A stretch of DNA of 64,000 bases from Centroscyllium fabricii (Eukaryota), in assembly GCA_051313645.2 (NCBI GenBank), contig JBNRSN020000001.1, positions 560,232,001-560,296,000 on the forward strand, written 5' to 3'. The position numbers and the translations under genes were made by a program. The notes beneath the pieces are model-generated. The model was not told the DNA's origin and made no database searches. It saw nothing but the letters and a program-made list of their open reading frames with translations. Below are positions 1-12,187 of the stretch, in pieces (position 1 is the first letter of the stretch; every line of letters begins with the position of its first letter).

Positions 1-1359
1 ATGTTACCCCCACAAAGCTTAGCCAAATCCAAGAGGAGACTGGTGAAGATGAGGAGTTACAACTACTCATGCAACAGGTAATACAGGGATGGCCGGAGAG
101 GATCCAGCGGTCCAAAACCAAATCTGACAATACTGGACAATCAGAGACGACATCTCAGTGGAGGATGGTGTTCTCCTCGCTGGATCAAGAATCATAATAC
201 CAAGAACGATGCAAATGGAACTTCTCTGCTTAATACACCAAGGCCATATGGCGATGGAGAAATGTAAACTAAGAGCCAGATCAGCAGTGTACTGGATATG
301 CATGTACAAAAGCATAGAACAAATGGTCTCCACATGCAGCATATGCCAGAAATACCGAAACACACAGCAGAAGGAGGAGATGATTCAAATGGAAGTACCC
401 CCAAGACCATGGCACATGGTTGGAGCAGACCTGTTCATGTGCAACCAGGAGTGGTACATCATAGTAGTAGACTACTACTCCAAATTTCCTTTTGTCAGAA
501 GGATAAATGACGAGAGCCACAACAATCACAAAAATTGCGAAAAACTTATTCGCAGAACAGGGCATCCCAGAGAAGGTCATCTGCGACAATGGGACACAAT
601 TCACCTCCAGCAAATTCAGAGCACTCGCTGGAAAATACGGATTTAAAATAATAACCTCATCCCAACATTACGCAAGGGGACACGGTTTTATTGAAAGGCA
701 GGTCCAAACAGTCAAAAGAGCTCTGATTAAAAGCAAGGAGATGGGAGAGGACCAAGACCTTGCCCTTTTGGCACTCAGATCAACACCCTTGAGAACAGAC
801 TCAGTCACCAGCAGAACTACTGAACGGTAGAAGATACAGAACAACTCTACCAGCAAAGATATACCCTCCCCAGGACCAAGAAGACGTTCGGCAGAAGCTG
901 ATGGAAACACAAGCTACGGGGAGCACACACTATAACAAGCATGCAAAACTACTACCGGAGCAGCTAAATGGACAGTCAGTGCACATACAAGATCCATTGT
1001 CGAAAACATGGAGTCCAGCCAAGGTTATTGGAAAAGCTGACACTCCAAGATCCTACTTGGTAGAGACAGAACCTGGGAACCAATACAGGAGAAACAGGAT
1101 CCATACCAGGCCCTCACCTGAAGTGGCCAAACAGCGGACAACATTAACAGCAAATATGATGCCAGGCACGGACAACGATATAACGCCAGAAACAAACACA
1201 TCAAAGACAACAACTGCGAACATGCACACTCCTGAGCAAAACACGACAGCACCGAAAACAAGAAAAGAACACACCGAAACACTGCAGAAAGAAATAGTTG
1301 CAGCCAAGTCCACAAGATGGAGGAGTAACATGCAACCACCTGAGCGGTATCGCGAATAA
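1..1359 (+). mobile_element. Ty3/Gypsy LTR retrotransposon, degenerate pol 3' part (integrase zinc finger, rve core, C-terminal tail)
   Basis: Frameshifted ORFs 158-646, 507-830, 901-1359 give HQGH..C.IC zinc finger, PWHMVGADLF, VVDYYSKF, GIPEKVICDNGTQF, GFIERQVQTVK, PRSYLVET..YRRNR, PPERY. Confidence 0.9.
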
Positions 1360-1364
1360 TTATA

Positions 1365-1764
1365 GAAACATAGAAACATAGAAACTAGGAGCAGGAGTGG
1401 GCCATTCAGCCCTTCGAGCCTGCTCCGCCATTCAATGAGATCATGGCTGATCATCCAAACCCAGTACCCCGCCTCAGCCCTCTCCCCATACCCCTCGAAC
1501 CCTATTGAGCCTCCATCGACACATATCCCACCCTATCCCCGTAACCCCACATTATCAATCCCCCTAACACTAAGGGTCAATTTATCATGGCCAAACAACC
1601 TAACCCGCACATCTTTGGACTGTGGGAGGAAACTGGAGCACCCGGAGGAAACCCCGCAGACACGGGGAGAATGTGCAAACTCCACACAGATAGTCACCCG
1701 AGGCTGGATTTGAACCCGGGTCTCCAGTGCTGTGAGACAACAGTGCTAGCCACCGTGCCTACCC
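1365..1764 (-). mobile_element. HE1-like tRNA-derived V-SINE
   Basis: Reverse complement has tRNA-like A/B-box head, V-domain (GGGTTTCCTCCGGGTGCTCC..TTTCCTCCCACAGTCCAAAGA) and CR1-type (TTTCTATG)n tail; TSD TAATTATA at 1357-1364 and 1765-1772. Confidence 0.88.
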
Positions 1765-1935
1765 TAATTATATAAGACAATTATAATTCGCAGGGAACAG
1801 TAAAAGAACATGGACAAATATCTGTATATAAAATGAGCAAAGAAAGCTCATGTTTCTGTAGTTTGTTAACGTTAGTTAGCTGTAAACATTTGTAATATAG
1901 AAATTAATGTAATTAGTTTTGTTGGGAAAGAGGGA

Positions 1936-2170
1936 TGTTACGCAGTTATTTTTGGGACTACTTTATACAAGTGTACTAACACCTAAATCAAACAGCAGCA
2001 CTACGGTGCTGGAAAAGAAGTGCTGCAGCCGTCTCACAGGCAGTTGGATGTATCACCCCGCACCATGAGGGAGCAGCCATTTGTAACCTAAGTAAAGTAC
2101 CAAGATAACAAAATCAAACTGAGTCCAGAGTCAACTTTACAAAGCACTATGAGCGCTAGGAGACACAACA
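1936..2170 (+). repeat. Probable 3' LTR of the Gypsy element at window start
   Basis: Polypurine tract GGGAAAGAGGGA immediately before TGTTA; segment ends CAACA; partner LTR is outside the window. Confidence 0.6.
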
Positions 2171-2384
2171 CAGTATATAGGTGAGGTGAAAGTAGAATCA
2201 TGCAAAGTACACACAGAATTACTGTCTTAAGACACACCTACATTTGATTTCTGCTTTTTAAATTTATTTTAGTTTCATGCACGAAAACCGGTTACCGGTT
2301 TGCGCAGCAAATTACTGCATGGTGATGTTTACAGACTTCTATTTCATTGTTTTGTTATTTTCTGAAAATATTCATTCATATTAC

Positions 2385-3625
2385 ACAAAATTTATCTTGG
2401 GACTGGAATACAAAAGGGGTGAAAGTTATGTTCGAGCTGTACAGAGCGCTGGTGAGACCCCATCTGGAGTACTCTTAAGTTCTGGGCGTCACTCTTCAGG
2501 AAGGATATATTGTACTTAGGGGGTGCAATACAGACTCACCAGAATGATATTGGGGCTAAAAGGGTTAAATTATGAGGACAGGTTGCATAGACTCGGCTTG
2601 TTGCGGTTCCGGCTGGAGCGGCCGCCATGGAGGCGAGCGGGTGAGGGCAGAAATGGGAATCCGCCGCCATCCGCCCATGAGATACGCTGGGAGGGAGTCA
2701 GGTCGGACGGCGTAGCTGGAGGGATGCGGGACGTCGCTGGATGGCCGTCGAGAGTGAGCTGGGAGTTCGGGAGGATTCGGGGGAGCCGGCATGGCGTCGG
2801 GTCGAGAGGCAGGCACACCACTCCCGGAGTTCGTGAAGATTCGGGGGAGCCGGCATGGCATCGGGCTGTGAGGTGTGCCCCGGGCCGTCGGACACCGCTC
2901 CTGGAGTTCGGGAAGATTCGGGGAGCCAGCATGGCGTCGGGCTGTGAGGTGGACCCGGGCCGTTGGACACCGCTCCCGCTTCACATCTGCGACGAGAAAC
3001 AATAGTAGAGGCAGCGGCGGAGTAAAGTAAACGGAGCGGCCGAGGAAGAAGAACATCGAACAGAGAAGCCGGAGCAGGAACGGGACCCACGATGATGGCG
3101 CTGTCGAATGGCTGACGTCTTGTGGGCTCCGTGCATGCCGGGCAACTTAATGTCCTTGTTGCGCGGTGCGCTCGGATCGCAGTAAGCATTTCACTGTCTA
3201 GATTGTGTTTAGTACGTGACAAATAAAACTTGAACTTGTATACCCTTGAGTATCGAAGATTAAGGGGGCGATCTGAGAGATTTTTAAGATGATTGAAGGA
3301 TTCGATATGGTCGGTAGAGAGAAACTCCTCTGGTGGGAGAGTCCAGAACAAGGGGCATAACATTAAAATTAGAACGGTGTGATGTCAGGAAGCACTTCTT
3401 CACACAAAGGGTAGTGGAAATCTGGAAAACTTTTTCACTAAAAAGTTGGTATGACTAGGTCAATTGAAAATTTCAAAGCCGAGATCGATAGATTTTTGTT
3501 AGGCAAGGAAGGGTATTAAGGGTTATGGAACCAAGGTGGGTCGATGGAGCTAAAATGCAGTACAGCCCTGATCTAATTGAATGGCGGAACAGGCTTGAGG
3601 GGCTGAATGGCCGACTCATGTTCCT
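2385..3625 (+). mobile_element. CR1 LINE 3' fragment, interrupted by insertion at 2602-3234
   Basis: GLEYK..LVRPHLEY..RLTRMI.GLKGLNYEDRLHRLGL reading resumes after 3240; typical CR1 3' end GAATGGCGGAACAGGCTTGAGGGGCTGAATGGCC. Confidence 0.8.
2602..3234 (+). mobile_element. GC-rich non-autonomous retroposon-like insertion with Rex1/Babar-type tail
   Basis: TSD CTTGT (2597-2601, 3235-3239); three internal imperfect repeats (GAGTTCGGGARGATTCGGGGGAGCCGGCATGGCGTCGGG); ends TGACAAATAAAACTTGAA. Confidence 0.6.
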
Positions 3626-3695
3626 AGGCTCTTACAGTAGTATTCCAATTTTAAGTTGTGAGTTTTTTGTGTTGGAAGTACTGAGACACTGAGAC

Positions 3696-4086
3696 GGCGC
3701 GGTGGCATAGTGGTTAGCACTGTTGCCTTACAGCACTGGAGACCCGGGTTCAAATCTAGCCTCGGGTACTATCTGTGTGGAGGTTGCACATTCTCCCCGT
3801 GTCTGCGTGGGTTTCCTCTGGGTGCTCCGGTTTCCTCCCACAGTCCAAAGATGTGCGGGTTAGGTTGATTGGCCAGGATAAATTGACCCTTAGTGTTAGG
3901 GGGATTGAATGTGTGGGGTTACAGGGATAGGGTGGGATATGTGTCGGTGCAGGCTCGATAGGGATCGAGGGATATGGGGACAAGGCAGGGACAGGGTGCT
4001 GGGTTTGGATGATCAGCCATGATCTCATTGAATGGCGGAGCAGGCTCGAAGGGCCGAATGACCTACTCCTGCTCCTATCTTCTATG
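3696..4086 (+). mobile_element. HE1-like tRNA-derived V-SINE
   Basis: GGTGGCATAGTGG A box, GGTTCAAATC B box, V-domain, CR1-derived tail; homologous to 1365-1764 and 18318-18715. Confidence 0.9.
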
Positions 4087-4477
4087 AATGAAGAGTGAGT
4101 GATCTGTTTTGTTTCAGTATATTGTCTGCTCAGGTGCTGCCTCAACATGATAAATCAGACTGGGTTAAAAGTAAATATTGGATTTTCCAGCTGTGAGCGA
4201 GGGTGGTGGTTTGAAGCAAGAACGTGTGAGACAGTCGCATGTCAGCATTACTTACCCATTACTGAGTTGATGAGATGTGAATCCATGATTGAATAGACGT
4301 ATAAAGGTAAATTCCTTCCTTTTTAGTTTTCCAGGTCTGGATTCATTCATGCACTCTGCAACTCGCTCACCCACAGCCCAGGAACATGCTAACCATTTAA
4401 CATGTTAGAACTGGTTTAGAGAGTTTTAAGTGAAGCTAGTGTTTGTTTCAAATTACCACTTCACTCTACCCTATATA

Positions 4478-5365
4478 GAGTCGTAGAGTTATACAACACA
4501 AGAAAGAGGCCCTTCAGCCCATCGCGTCCACGCCGGCCATCAAGCCCTGTCTATTCTAATCCTATTTTCCGGCATTTGGTCCGTAGCCTTGTATGTTATG
4601 GCATTTCAAGTGTTCATTCAAATGCTTCATGAATGTTGTGAGGGTTCCCTCCTCTACCACCCTTTCAGGCAGTGAGTTTCAGATTTCAACCACCCTCTGG
4701 GTGAAAAAGTTCTACCTCAAATCCTCTCTAAGCCTCATGATCCTTACCTTGAAACGATGCCCCCTTGTTATTGACCCCTCTATTAAGGGAAAAAGTTCTT
4801 TTCTACCTCCCCTATCTATGCCCGTCATAATTTTGTACACCTCAATCAGGTCCCCCCTCAGCCTTCTCTGCTCCAACGAAAACAACCCCAGCCTGTCCAG
4901 TCTTTCTTCATAGCTGAAGCGCTTCAGCCCAGGTAACATCCTGGTGAATCTCCTCTGCACCCTCTCCAAGGCAATCACATCCTTCCTATAGTGTGGCGAC
5001 CAGAACTGCACACAGTACTCCAGCTGTGGCCTTATTAGCATTTTGTACAGCTCCATCATAACCTCCCTGCTCTTACATTCTATGCCTCGGCTAATGAAGG
5101 CAAGTATCCCATATGCCTTTTTAACCACCTTATCCACCTGTCCTGCTGCCTTCAGGGATCTATGTACATGCACACCAAGGTCCCTCTGATCCTCTGTCTT
5201 TCCTAGGGTCTTACCATTCATTGTGTATTCCCTTGCCTTGTTAGTCCTTCCAAAATACATCACCTCACACTTTTCAGGATTAAATTCCATTTGCCACTGT
5301 TCCGCCCATCTGACCAACCCATCTATATCGTCGTGCAGACTGAGGCTTCCCTCACTATTTACCAC
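4478..5365 (-). mobile_element. CR1 LINE 3' fragment
   Basis: ORF 4712-5536 contains WAEQWQMEFNPEKC, DLGVHV, LIRPQLEYCVQFWSP, ALERVQRRFTRMLPG. Confidence 0.9.
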
Positions 5366-5399
5366 AGTCTTAGCAGAGGGGAGCATTAGGCCTGATGGT

Positions 5400-5910
5400 G
5401 CTTGATCTGGAGCATCCTCTCCAACTTCTACCGCTGCACAATAGAAAGCATACTGACAAGCTACATCACTGTCTGGTATGGTAATTGCACTATCTCGGAC
5501 CGGAAAACCCTGCAGCGGGTAGTCAAAACTGCCCAACGAATTACCGGTACACAGCTACTGTCAATGGAAAGCATCTACCTCAAACGCTGCTTACGGAGGT
5601 CTATGAACATTATTAAAGACCCCACACACCCCAGCCACAGTCTGTTCGCCCCCCTGCCCTCCGGGAGACGCTACAGAGCAATTTGCACCCGCACGACTAG
5701 ATTTCAGAACAGCTTCTTTCCCAGGGCTGTCAGCCTCCTGAACTCTAAAAAGAAACTCCGGTACCTGCACGCCTGATAATGTACTTTACTGTATGCAATT
5801 TGCATGTAATTTATTTATTTTATTTGCACTACTCTCGGGAGAGTCGAGTCTTCGTCTCGTTGTATTGTACTAGTACTCTGCAATGACAATAAAACTTGAA
5901 TTGAATTGAA
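5400..5910 (+). mobile_element. Rex1/Babar LINE 3' end
   Basis: ORF 5402-5776 NFYRCTIESILT..ITVWYGNC..LQRVVKTAQRITG..DPTHPSHSLF.PLPSGRRYR..NSFFPRAV; tail AATAAAAC(TTGAA)n. Confidence 0.85.
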
Positions 5911-5939
5911 CCAGAGCTGGCAATGAATGGCTAAACCAG

Positions 5940-6780
5940 TTGTGAGTCCGATGCATTCAAGTCTGTGCCCCATGGACCTAAGGGAGCGAAGATGTGAACT
6001 TTACCTAGGGGAATGACTAGTATGGTTATACTATGGGGTTATACTTGGGCCAAGGTCATTAATGGTGGGGGGGGGGAGTGCTTGAGAAGATTGACAGCTG
6101 CAGAAGTGGCATGGAGAATGGAGGGCCAAAGCCTAGACAGCTGGGAGTTTGAAAGGACCATTGTAAGTGACTTGGAGAAGAGTTTTTTCCAGTGGTGGGT
6201 CCAGAAGGAAGTAGGGTTGGAAGAGGGATGAGCAGTGAGGGATACAGGTTGAGCACCGGTAATCCGGCACCCTCCGGACCAGGCCGGTGCCGGACCATTG
6301 AAAATTCCGAACCACTGAAGATTCAGGGGGAGCGCGCAGGTAGAACACTCCATGGGGCCCGGAACGCGCGGGTAGAACACTCCCCGGTAGGGAGCCCGGG
6401 GATCGAACACTTACAAGACCTAAAAAAGCAACCCAAACGCCCGACGCCTTCGGCGCTCGCCCTACCTTTGCGGGAAACGGTGGCGCCGCCGCCGAGTGGC
6501 TGCTCCGCAAACTGAAGACCACCGGTTTCAATTCGTGCCGGACCACTGAATGTGCTGGACCATCGGGTGCTGGATTACCGGTGCTCAACCTGTACAAGTA
6601 TGTGATCAAGACAATCGGAGTAGAAAGGCCACCTGAGATGGCCTGGTTGAGTGGGTGGCTGTGAATCCGGGTAGGAGAGTATCGAAGTAGAGGTTAAGGG
6701 AGGACTGGAAGGCAGGTGAACCTGGAGGAGAGGGGTGAGTCAAAATGGAGACTGAAATCCCCGAGGATAAGGAGTCGCTT
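5940..6780 (-). mobile_element. Old L2-like LINE endonuclease-region fragment
   Basis: Minus-strand reading LLILGDFSLHFDSP and degraded downstream ORF2-like sequence; highly diverged. Confidence 0.4.
6245..6592. mobile_element. Tc1/mariner (Tigger/pogo-like) MITE
   Basis: TIR CAGGTTGAGCACCGGTAATCC ... GGATTACCGGTGCTCAACCTG, flanked by TA on both sides. Confidence 0.85.
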
Positions 6781-6784
6781 CAGT

Positions 6785-8845
6785 AAAGGGCAAGATTTAC
6801 AATCTATATTAACGATTTGGAGGAAGGGTCCGAGTGCAATGTATCCAAATTTGCCGATGAGACAAAGATGGGAGGGAAAGTAGTGAGTGAGGAGGATATA
6901 AAAAACCTGCAATGGGAAATAGACAGGTTAAGTGAGTGGGCAAAAATTTGGCAGATGGAATATAAGGTAGGAAAGTGTGAAGTTATGCACTTTGGCAGAA
7001 AAAATCAAAGAGCAAGTTATTATCTAAATGGAGAGAAACTGCAAAGTGCTACAGTACAAAGGGATCTGGGGGTCCTGGTGCATGAAACACAGAAGGTTAG
7101 TATGCAAGTACATCAGGTGACCAGGAAGGCCAATAGAATTTTTAAAACTTTTTTTATCCATTGATGGGATGTGGGCGTCACTGGCTGGCTAGGCCTGCAT
7201 TTAGTGCCCATCCCTAATTGCCCTTGAGAAGATGGTGGTGAGCCGCCTTCTTGAACCGCTGCAGTCCATATGGTGTCGGTACACCCACAATGTTGTTAGG
7301 GAGGGAGTTCCAGGATTTTGGCCCAGCGACACTGAAGGAGCGGCAATACAGGTCCAAGTCAGGATGGTGTGTGGCTTGGAGGGGAACTTGTAGGTGGTGC
7401 TGTTCCCATGCTTCTGCTGCCCTTGTCCTTCTAAGTGGTAGAGGTCACGGGTTTGGAAGGTGCTGTTGAAGGAGCTTTGGCGAGTTGCTGCAGTGCATCT
7501 TGTAGATGGTACACACTGCAGCCACAGTGCGCTGGTGGTGGAGGGAGTGAATGTTGAAGGTGGTGGATGGAGTGCCAATCAAGCGGCCTGCTTTATCCTG
7601 AATGGTGTAGAGCTTCTTGAGTGTTGTTGGAGCTGCACTCATCCAGGCAAGTGGAGAGTATTCCATCACACTCCTGACTTGTGCCTTGTAGATGGTGGAA
7701 AGGCTTTGGGGAGTCAGGGGGTGAGACACTCGCCACAGAATTTCCAGCCTCTGGCCTGCTCTTGTAGCCACAGTATTTATATGGCTGGTCCAATTCAGTT
7801 TCCGATCAATGGTAACCCCCAGGATGTTGATAGTGGGAGATTCAGTGATGATAATGCCATTGAATGTCAAGGGGTGATGGTTAGAGTCTCGCTTGTTGGA
7901 GATGGTCATTGCCTGGCACTTGTGTGGTGCGAATGTTACTTGCCACTTGTCAGCCCAAGTCTGAATGTTGTCCAGGTCTTGCTGCATATGGACACGGACT
8001 GCGTCAGTATCTGATGAGTCTCGAATGGTGCTGAACAGTGTGCAGTCATCAGCGAACATTCCCACTTCTGACCTTATGATGGAGGGAAGGTCATTGATGA
8101 AACAGCTGAAGATGGTTGGGCCTAGGACACTGCCCTGAGGAACTCCTGCAGTGATGTCCTGTGGTTGAGATGAATGACCTCCAACAACCACAGCCAACTT
8201 CTTGGCTTTTATTGCAAGGGGGATAGAGTATAAAAGCAGGGAAGTCTTGCTGCAATTATACAGGGTACTGGTGAGGCCACACCTGGAATACTGCGTACAG
8301 TTTTGGTTTCCATATTTAAGAAAAGATGTACTTGCTCTTGAGCCTGTTCAGAGAAGATTCACTCAGTTGATTCCGGAGACGAGGGGGTTGACTTATGAGG
8401 GAAGTTTGAGTAGGTTGGTCCTCTACTTATTGGAATTCAGAAGAATGAGAGACGATCTTATCGAAACATATAAGATTGTGAAGGGGTTGGATCGGGTGGA
8501 TGTGGTGAGGATGTTTCTGCTGATGGGTGAGACTAGAACTAGGGGGCATAATCTTAGAATAAGGGGCTGCCCTTTCAAAACTGAGATGAGGAGAAACTTC
8601 TTCACTCAGAGGGTAGTAAATCTATGGAATTTGCTACCTCAAAGAGCTGTGGAAGCTGCGACATTAAATAAATTTAAAACTGAGATAAACAGTTTCCTAG
8701 CTGATAAGTTAATAAGGGGTTACGGGGAACGGGCAGGGAAGTGGACGTGAGTCTAAGTTCGGATCAGCCATGATCCTATTGAATGGCGGAGCAGGCCTGA
8801 GGGGCCATGTGGCTTACTCCTGCTCCTACTTCTTATGTTCTTGTG
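6785..8845 (+). mobile_element. CR1 LINE RT/3' fragment split by an opposite-strand LINE
   Basis: ORFs 6817-7164 (SKFADETK..WQMEY) and 8202-8750 (LVRPHLEYCVQFW) are colinear halves; same family as 24935-25928. Confidence 0.9.
7147..8199 (-). mobile_element. CR1-clade LINE (second family, A-rich tail), 5'-truncated
   Basis: ORF 7445-8197 GVPQGSVLGP..FINDL..FADD..WADKWQVTF; related copies at 33225-36760 and 44560-45340. Confidence 0.88.
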
Positions 8846-9234
8846 TTTTCACCCATGATTGAGCCAAGTTTTTGTCAAAGCCATGATGTCCGTGCAATTA
8901 TCGACAGTAAAGTTGTGGTTGGCAAGGGCCTTGCTGGCGAGTGAATGGACATTGTGGAGGGAAATGTGGAGGTGGGTGGCGATTGTTGATCTGGCAGAGT
9001 TCTAGAGGTCAGTGGTGAGTGGGACAGGAAGGTGGTTAGTGAGATTCGTCCCCAGCAGGTGTGCAGGACAGGAAGAATGACAAGAGAGAAGCATGGGGCA
9101 GTTGGAGTTGCTAAAGATGAAGCGACAACTGCCTTGACAGTCCCTTCAGAGAATGCTGAACGCGGCACAGAGGGTAGCTGTGGGTTAAAGCTTGGGAGGG
9201 TGGCAGGAGAGTAGGAATGCAGAAGAATAGTTAA

Positions 9235-9567
9235 ATAACAACAGAAAATGCTGGAAAAACTCAGCAGGTCAGGCAAAATCCGTGGAGAGAAATATAGAGT
9301 TGACGTTTCGGGTTAGGGCCCTTTGTCAAGACTAAAACTAGGAAATGAAAGAGGTAGGAAGGCCGGGGGCTGGCCGGGAACAGAAAACAAAAGAGAAGAG
9401 AGAACAAAGAGAAAAGACGTTAAGAGGTATTCAATGCTGATGGGGCTGTGGACAGGAGACAGCTGTAGATTAGGTGTGAAAAGCACTGGCAGAATGGGAG
9501 GGGGCTGCTACGAGAGTGAGAACAAAAAAAAGGCCTAATAAAAGGTGCTGATAAAAACAGGTAAAAA
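9235..9567 (-). mobile_element. Penelope-like element, 3' part/pseudo-LTR (host of the Gypsy insertion)
   Basis: CAGAAAATGCTGGAAAAACTCAGCAGG pLTR motif with a degenerate hammerhead; continues at 17345 after the LTR element. Confidence 0.7.
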
Positions 9568-9738
9568 TGTTATATCTATTAATGATCACACACAGAGCCT
9601 TCATAAACGTCGACTAGTTTATTCCATAGCAGCCATTACACAGCCCTACATGCTGTGGTTACCCAGCATCCTTTGGGGATGGAACATTCCAAGTATCACA
9701 GCCCTTAAGGGGAGTGCAGACTCTACCAATATATAACA
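9568..9738 (-). repeat. 3' LTR (171 bp)
   Basis: Identical to 17174-17344; adjacent to PPT. Confidence 0.95.
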
Positions 9739-9934
9739 TCTCCTCCCCCCTTACAATCAACGTCCATATTTAACAATAACATTACAATTAACAAAAGTAA
9801 CATACCAACTAACAAAACATTATTATACATATATACATTATTTCCAGCACCTGGGGTGAGGGTACCCGACTTCCTCAGACCCCGGCAATTCCCATGGGGA
9901 TTATTCTGCCCCAGTTGTTTTGGGTATGCCTCTA

Positions 9935-10473
9935 TTAGTAACTCAGTCGTTCAGGGGGCCGCCGCTGTCTAGAAGGATATCGGCGGTCATTCGGAACATT
10001 GTCTTCGCTTGTTGGCGATGGTGAATCGGAGCAAACTGGAGAGGCGACAGGAGGAAGAACGTCTTCCTCGGCGGGCAGGTCCGGAACCACAGGGTCAGGC
10101 TGAGGCAACACTGGGGGCACGCTCTGCGAGGACTGGTCAACAGGTGGAACCTCACATTGGATCTCCGGGCGACTCTCGTCAGGTAGTCCTGAGGGCTGAA
10201 CCGTGTGTAGCAGTTGGTCCACATGCCGTCTCCAGACAGTACCAGTAGTCGTCTGGACTGTATATGAAACTGGTCCCGTCTGAGCAACAATAGTGGCCGG
10301 AATCCAGTTGGGCCCACTGACGTAACTTCGTACCAACACTGATGCCCCTGGCGTGAAAGCTCTGAACTTCGCATGCTGGTCTCTTCTAATAATTTGGGAC
10401 TCCTGCTGCTGTTGCACAGTGTCCTTCACTGATGGTGGCTTCAGGAGGTCAAAATGAGACCGCAGCTCTCTTT
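9935..10473 (-). pseudogene. Gypsy pol C-terminus (post-integrase), separated by the Harbinger insertion
   Basis: KRELRSHFDLLKP..GPVSYTV..VWRRHVDQL..RRYPSRQRRPPERL; in frame with upstream pol once the transposon and one TSD are removed. Confidence 0.88.
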
Positions 10474-11343
10474 TGAAGGCCCTGTCACACCTAGACGTTT
10501 TAGCCAGCGTATGCAAATTTGGCTAAAACGCTGGTTTACGTCGGATACGTTATGGGTACGTTTTGTATACGTTAAGAGCACGCTGGCATACGCTGGACAT
10601 ACGTTGTATACGTCGTTGTTCTTCGAATAAGTCGAGATTTTTTGAGCATGCACAAAAAATCGCGACGTATCTAGCGTATGATTCAAACGTTCCGCATACG
10701 CTGGCCATACGTTGTAGGCACGTTAGGCGATCGTTGACACACGTTACTTGTAAGTTAGTCATACGTCAAAATACGTCGAGATAATGTTTAGCGTACCTGG
10801 AACTTATGTCTAACCTATGAGTAACGTGCTTTGAACTTATGTGTAACGTATCTCCAACGTATTTGACGTCTTCCGGACGACCACAGAACTTACTGAACGT
10901 GTTTCTAACTTACAGCTCCTGATGAACATCTTAAAAAGCCTTTTCTCCCCACTCACTCTCTCTCTCTCTCCCCACTATCTCTCTCTCCCTCGCTCTCTCT
11001 CCCGGTCTCTCCCCACTCCCTCTCCCTCTCTCTCTCTCCATTATATTATTATACCTTTTCCAAAGTGTATGAATTTATTATTGTTAATTATTGTTTATGA
11101 TTTAAATATTAAAACAATAACATCAACAAACATCAAGAGTTTGCTCAACTTTTATTAAATAATTTAACATGATAACAATGGTCTAAAAACGTATAGACAA
11201 AATGGCACAAACATGGCAAAAACAATCTCAACTTCTCTGAAACATCAAACCTATATACAAAATTGCACAAACATGGCAAAAACAATCGAAAAATCAAAAC
11301 TATATACAAAATTGCACAAACATGTCAAAAACAATGTCACCTT

Positions 11344-12075
11344 TCAGTCCTCTGATGGTGGAAGTGTGTGCAGCTCCTTAGACGGGCTGCTTGTAGCATT
11401 AGGACCGCTGGAAAAGCTGAATACTGAGATATTAAACACCTCAGTACTGGCAAAGGTGCTTTGGCTCTTGTTCAGTACCTGGCCAGCCGAGCCTATAGCA
11501 GCAGATGAAGAGGCGAGGCTTGGCTGCTGCGTCATCAGAGGAGGAGGAGGATGCTGGAACACAAGCTGAGGGGGAGGAGGCATCATCTGCTGATAATGTG
11601 GCATCATCTGGTGGTACGGTCCACAGACTGACGCAGCCGGTGCCGTGTGTCTCCACCTGTCGGTATGTTGCTGGAACATCGGCACCGCCGTGGGGGTGTA
11701 GGTAGCTGGTGCTGAGGGTGATCGCACGTAAATGGGGGTTTCTTCCTCAGTGTCCTCCACCAGCAGCTCAGTGAAGATGGTGTTGATGCGCAACCTTGCC
11801 TCCTGGAATTTGCGGATGGGCATGCTGACCAGGGTGTCACGCACGTAGTTGGCGAAGGCTGAGGTGGTTGTGATGGGCTGAGGCTGTGCCAGATTTTTGA
11901 GGAGCTCCCCAGTCTCGTGCAGCCTCTTCTGGAGTGACTGCAGCTGGTCATCGTCCTGGCCACGCTTCCCCCTGGGGACAGGGGAGGGTGTGCTGTCGTC
12001 AAGCAACATCATCTCTGCACAGGCAGCCTCGCCAGCCTTGAGGTCCCCGCTGTGTGCTGCAATGGTTTCCTTTAC
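11344..12075 (-). CDS. MADF protein exon 2 (BESS-like helix, Pro/Gln-rich tail)
   Basis: Acceptor TGCAG|GTA at 12076/12075 after a 112-bp AT-rich intron; in-frame join gives 421 aa; AFANYVRDTLVSMPIRKFQEARLRINTIFTE resembles BESS; AATAAA at 11151-11156 (minus). Confidence 0.78.
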   Translation of the reverse strand, partial: VKETIAAHSGDLKAGEAACAEMMLLDDSTPSPVPRGKRGQDDDQLQSLQKRLHETGELLKNLAQPQPITTTSAFANYVRDTLVSMPIRKFQEARLRINTIFTELLVEDTEEETPIYVRSPSAPATYTPTAVPMFQQHTDRWRHTAPAASVCGPYHQMMPHYQQMMPPPPQLVFQHPPPPLMTQQPSLASSSAAIGSAGQVLNKSQSTFASTEVFNISVFSFSSGPNATSSPSKELHTLPPSED

Positions 12076-12187
12076 CTGCAATTATGACAATTGATTAGTA
12101 AAATACAATGCAAAAATACGAGGCAAAGTACAGTAAAACTAATATAGATAAATATTATTATGGATATTAATATGTGTTTATACTTAC

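Noticed and set aside
3696-3770. tRNA genes at SINE heads (also ~1700-1764, ~18650-18715, 32565, 60485)
   Set aside because: They run directly into V-domain and CR1 tail; SINE promoters, not tRNAs
9297-9333. Hammerhead in the first PLE pLTR (and partial copy at 17560-17590)
   Set aside because: Core is degenerate (CUUGACAA) or missing; not called functional
10945-11040. CT-rich microsatellite and 3 short tandem repeats (11199-11335) inside the Harbinger
   Set aside because: Low-complexity 3' UTR/spacer sequence; no evidence of separate function
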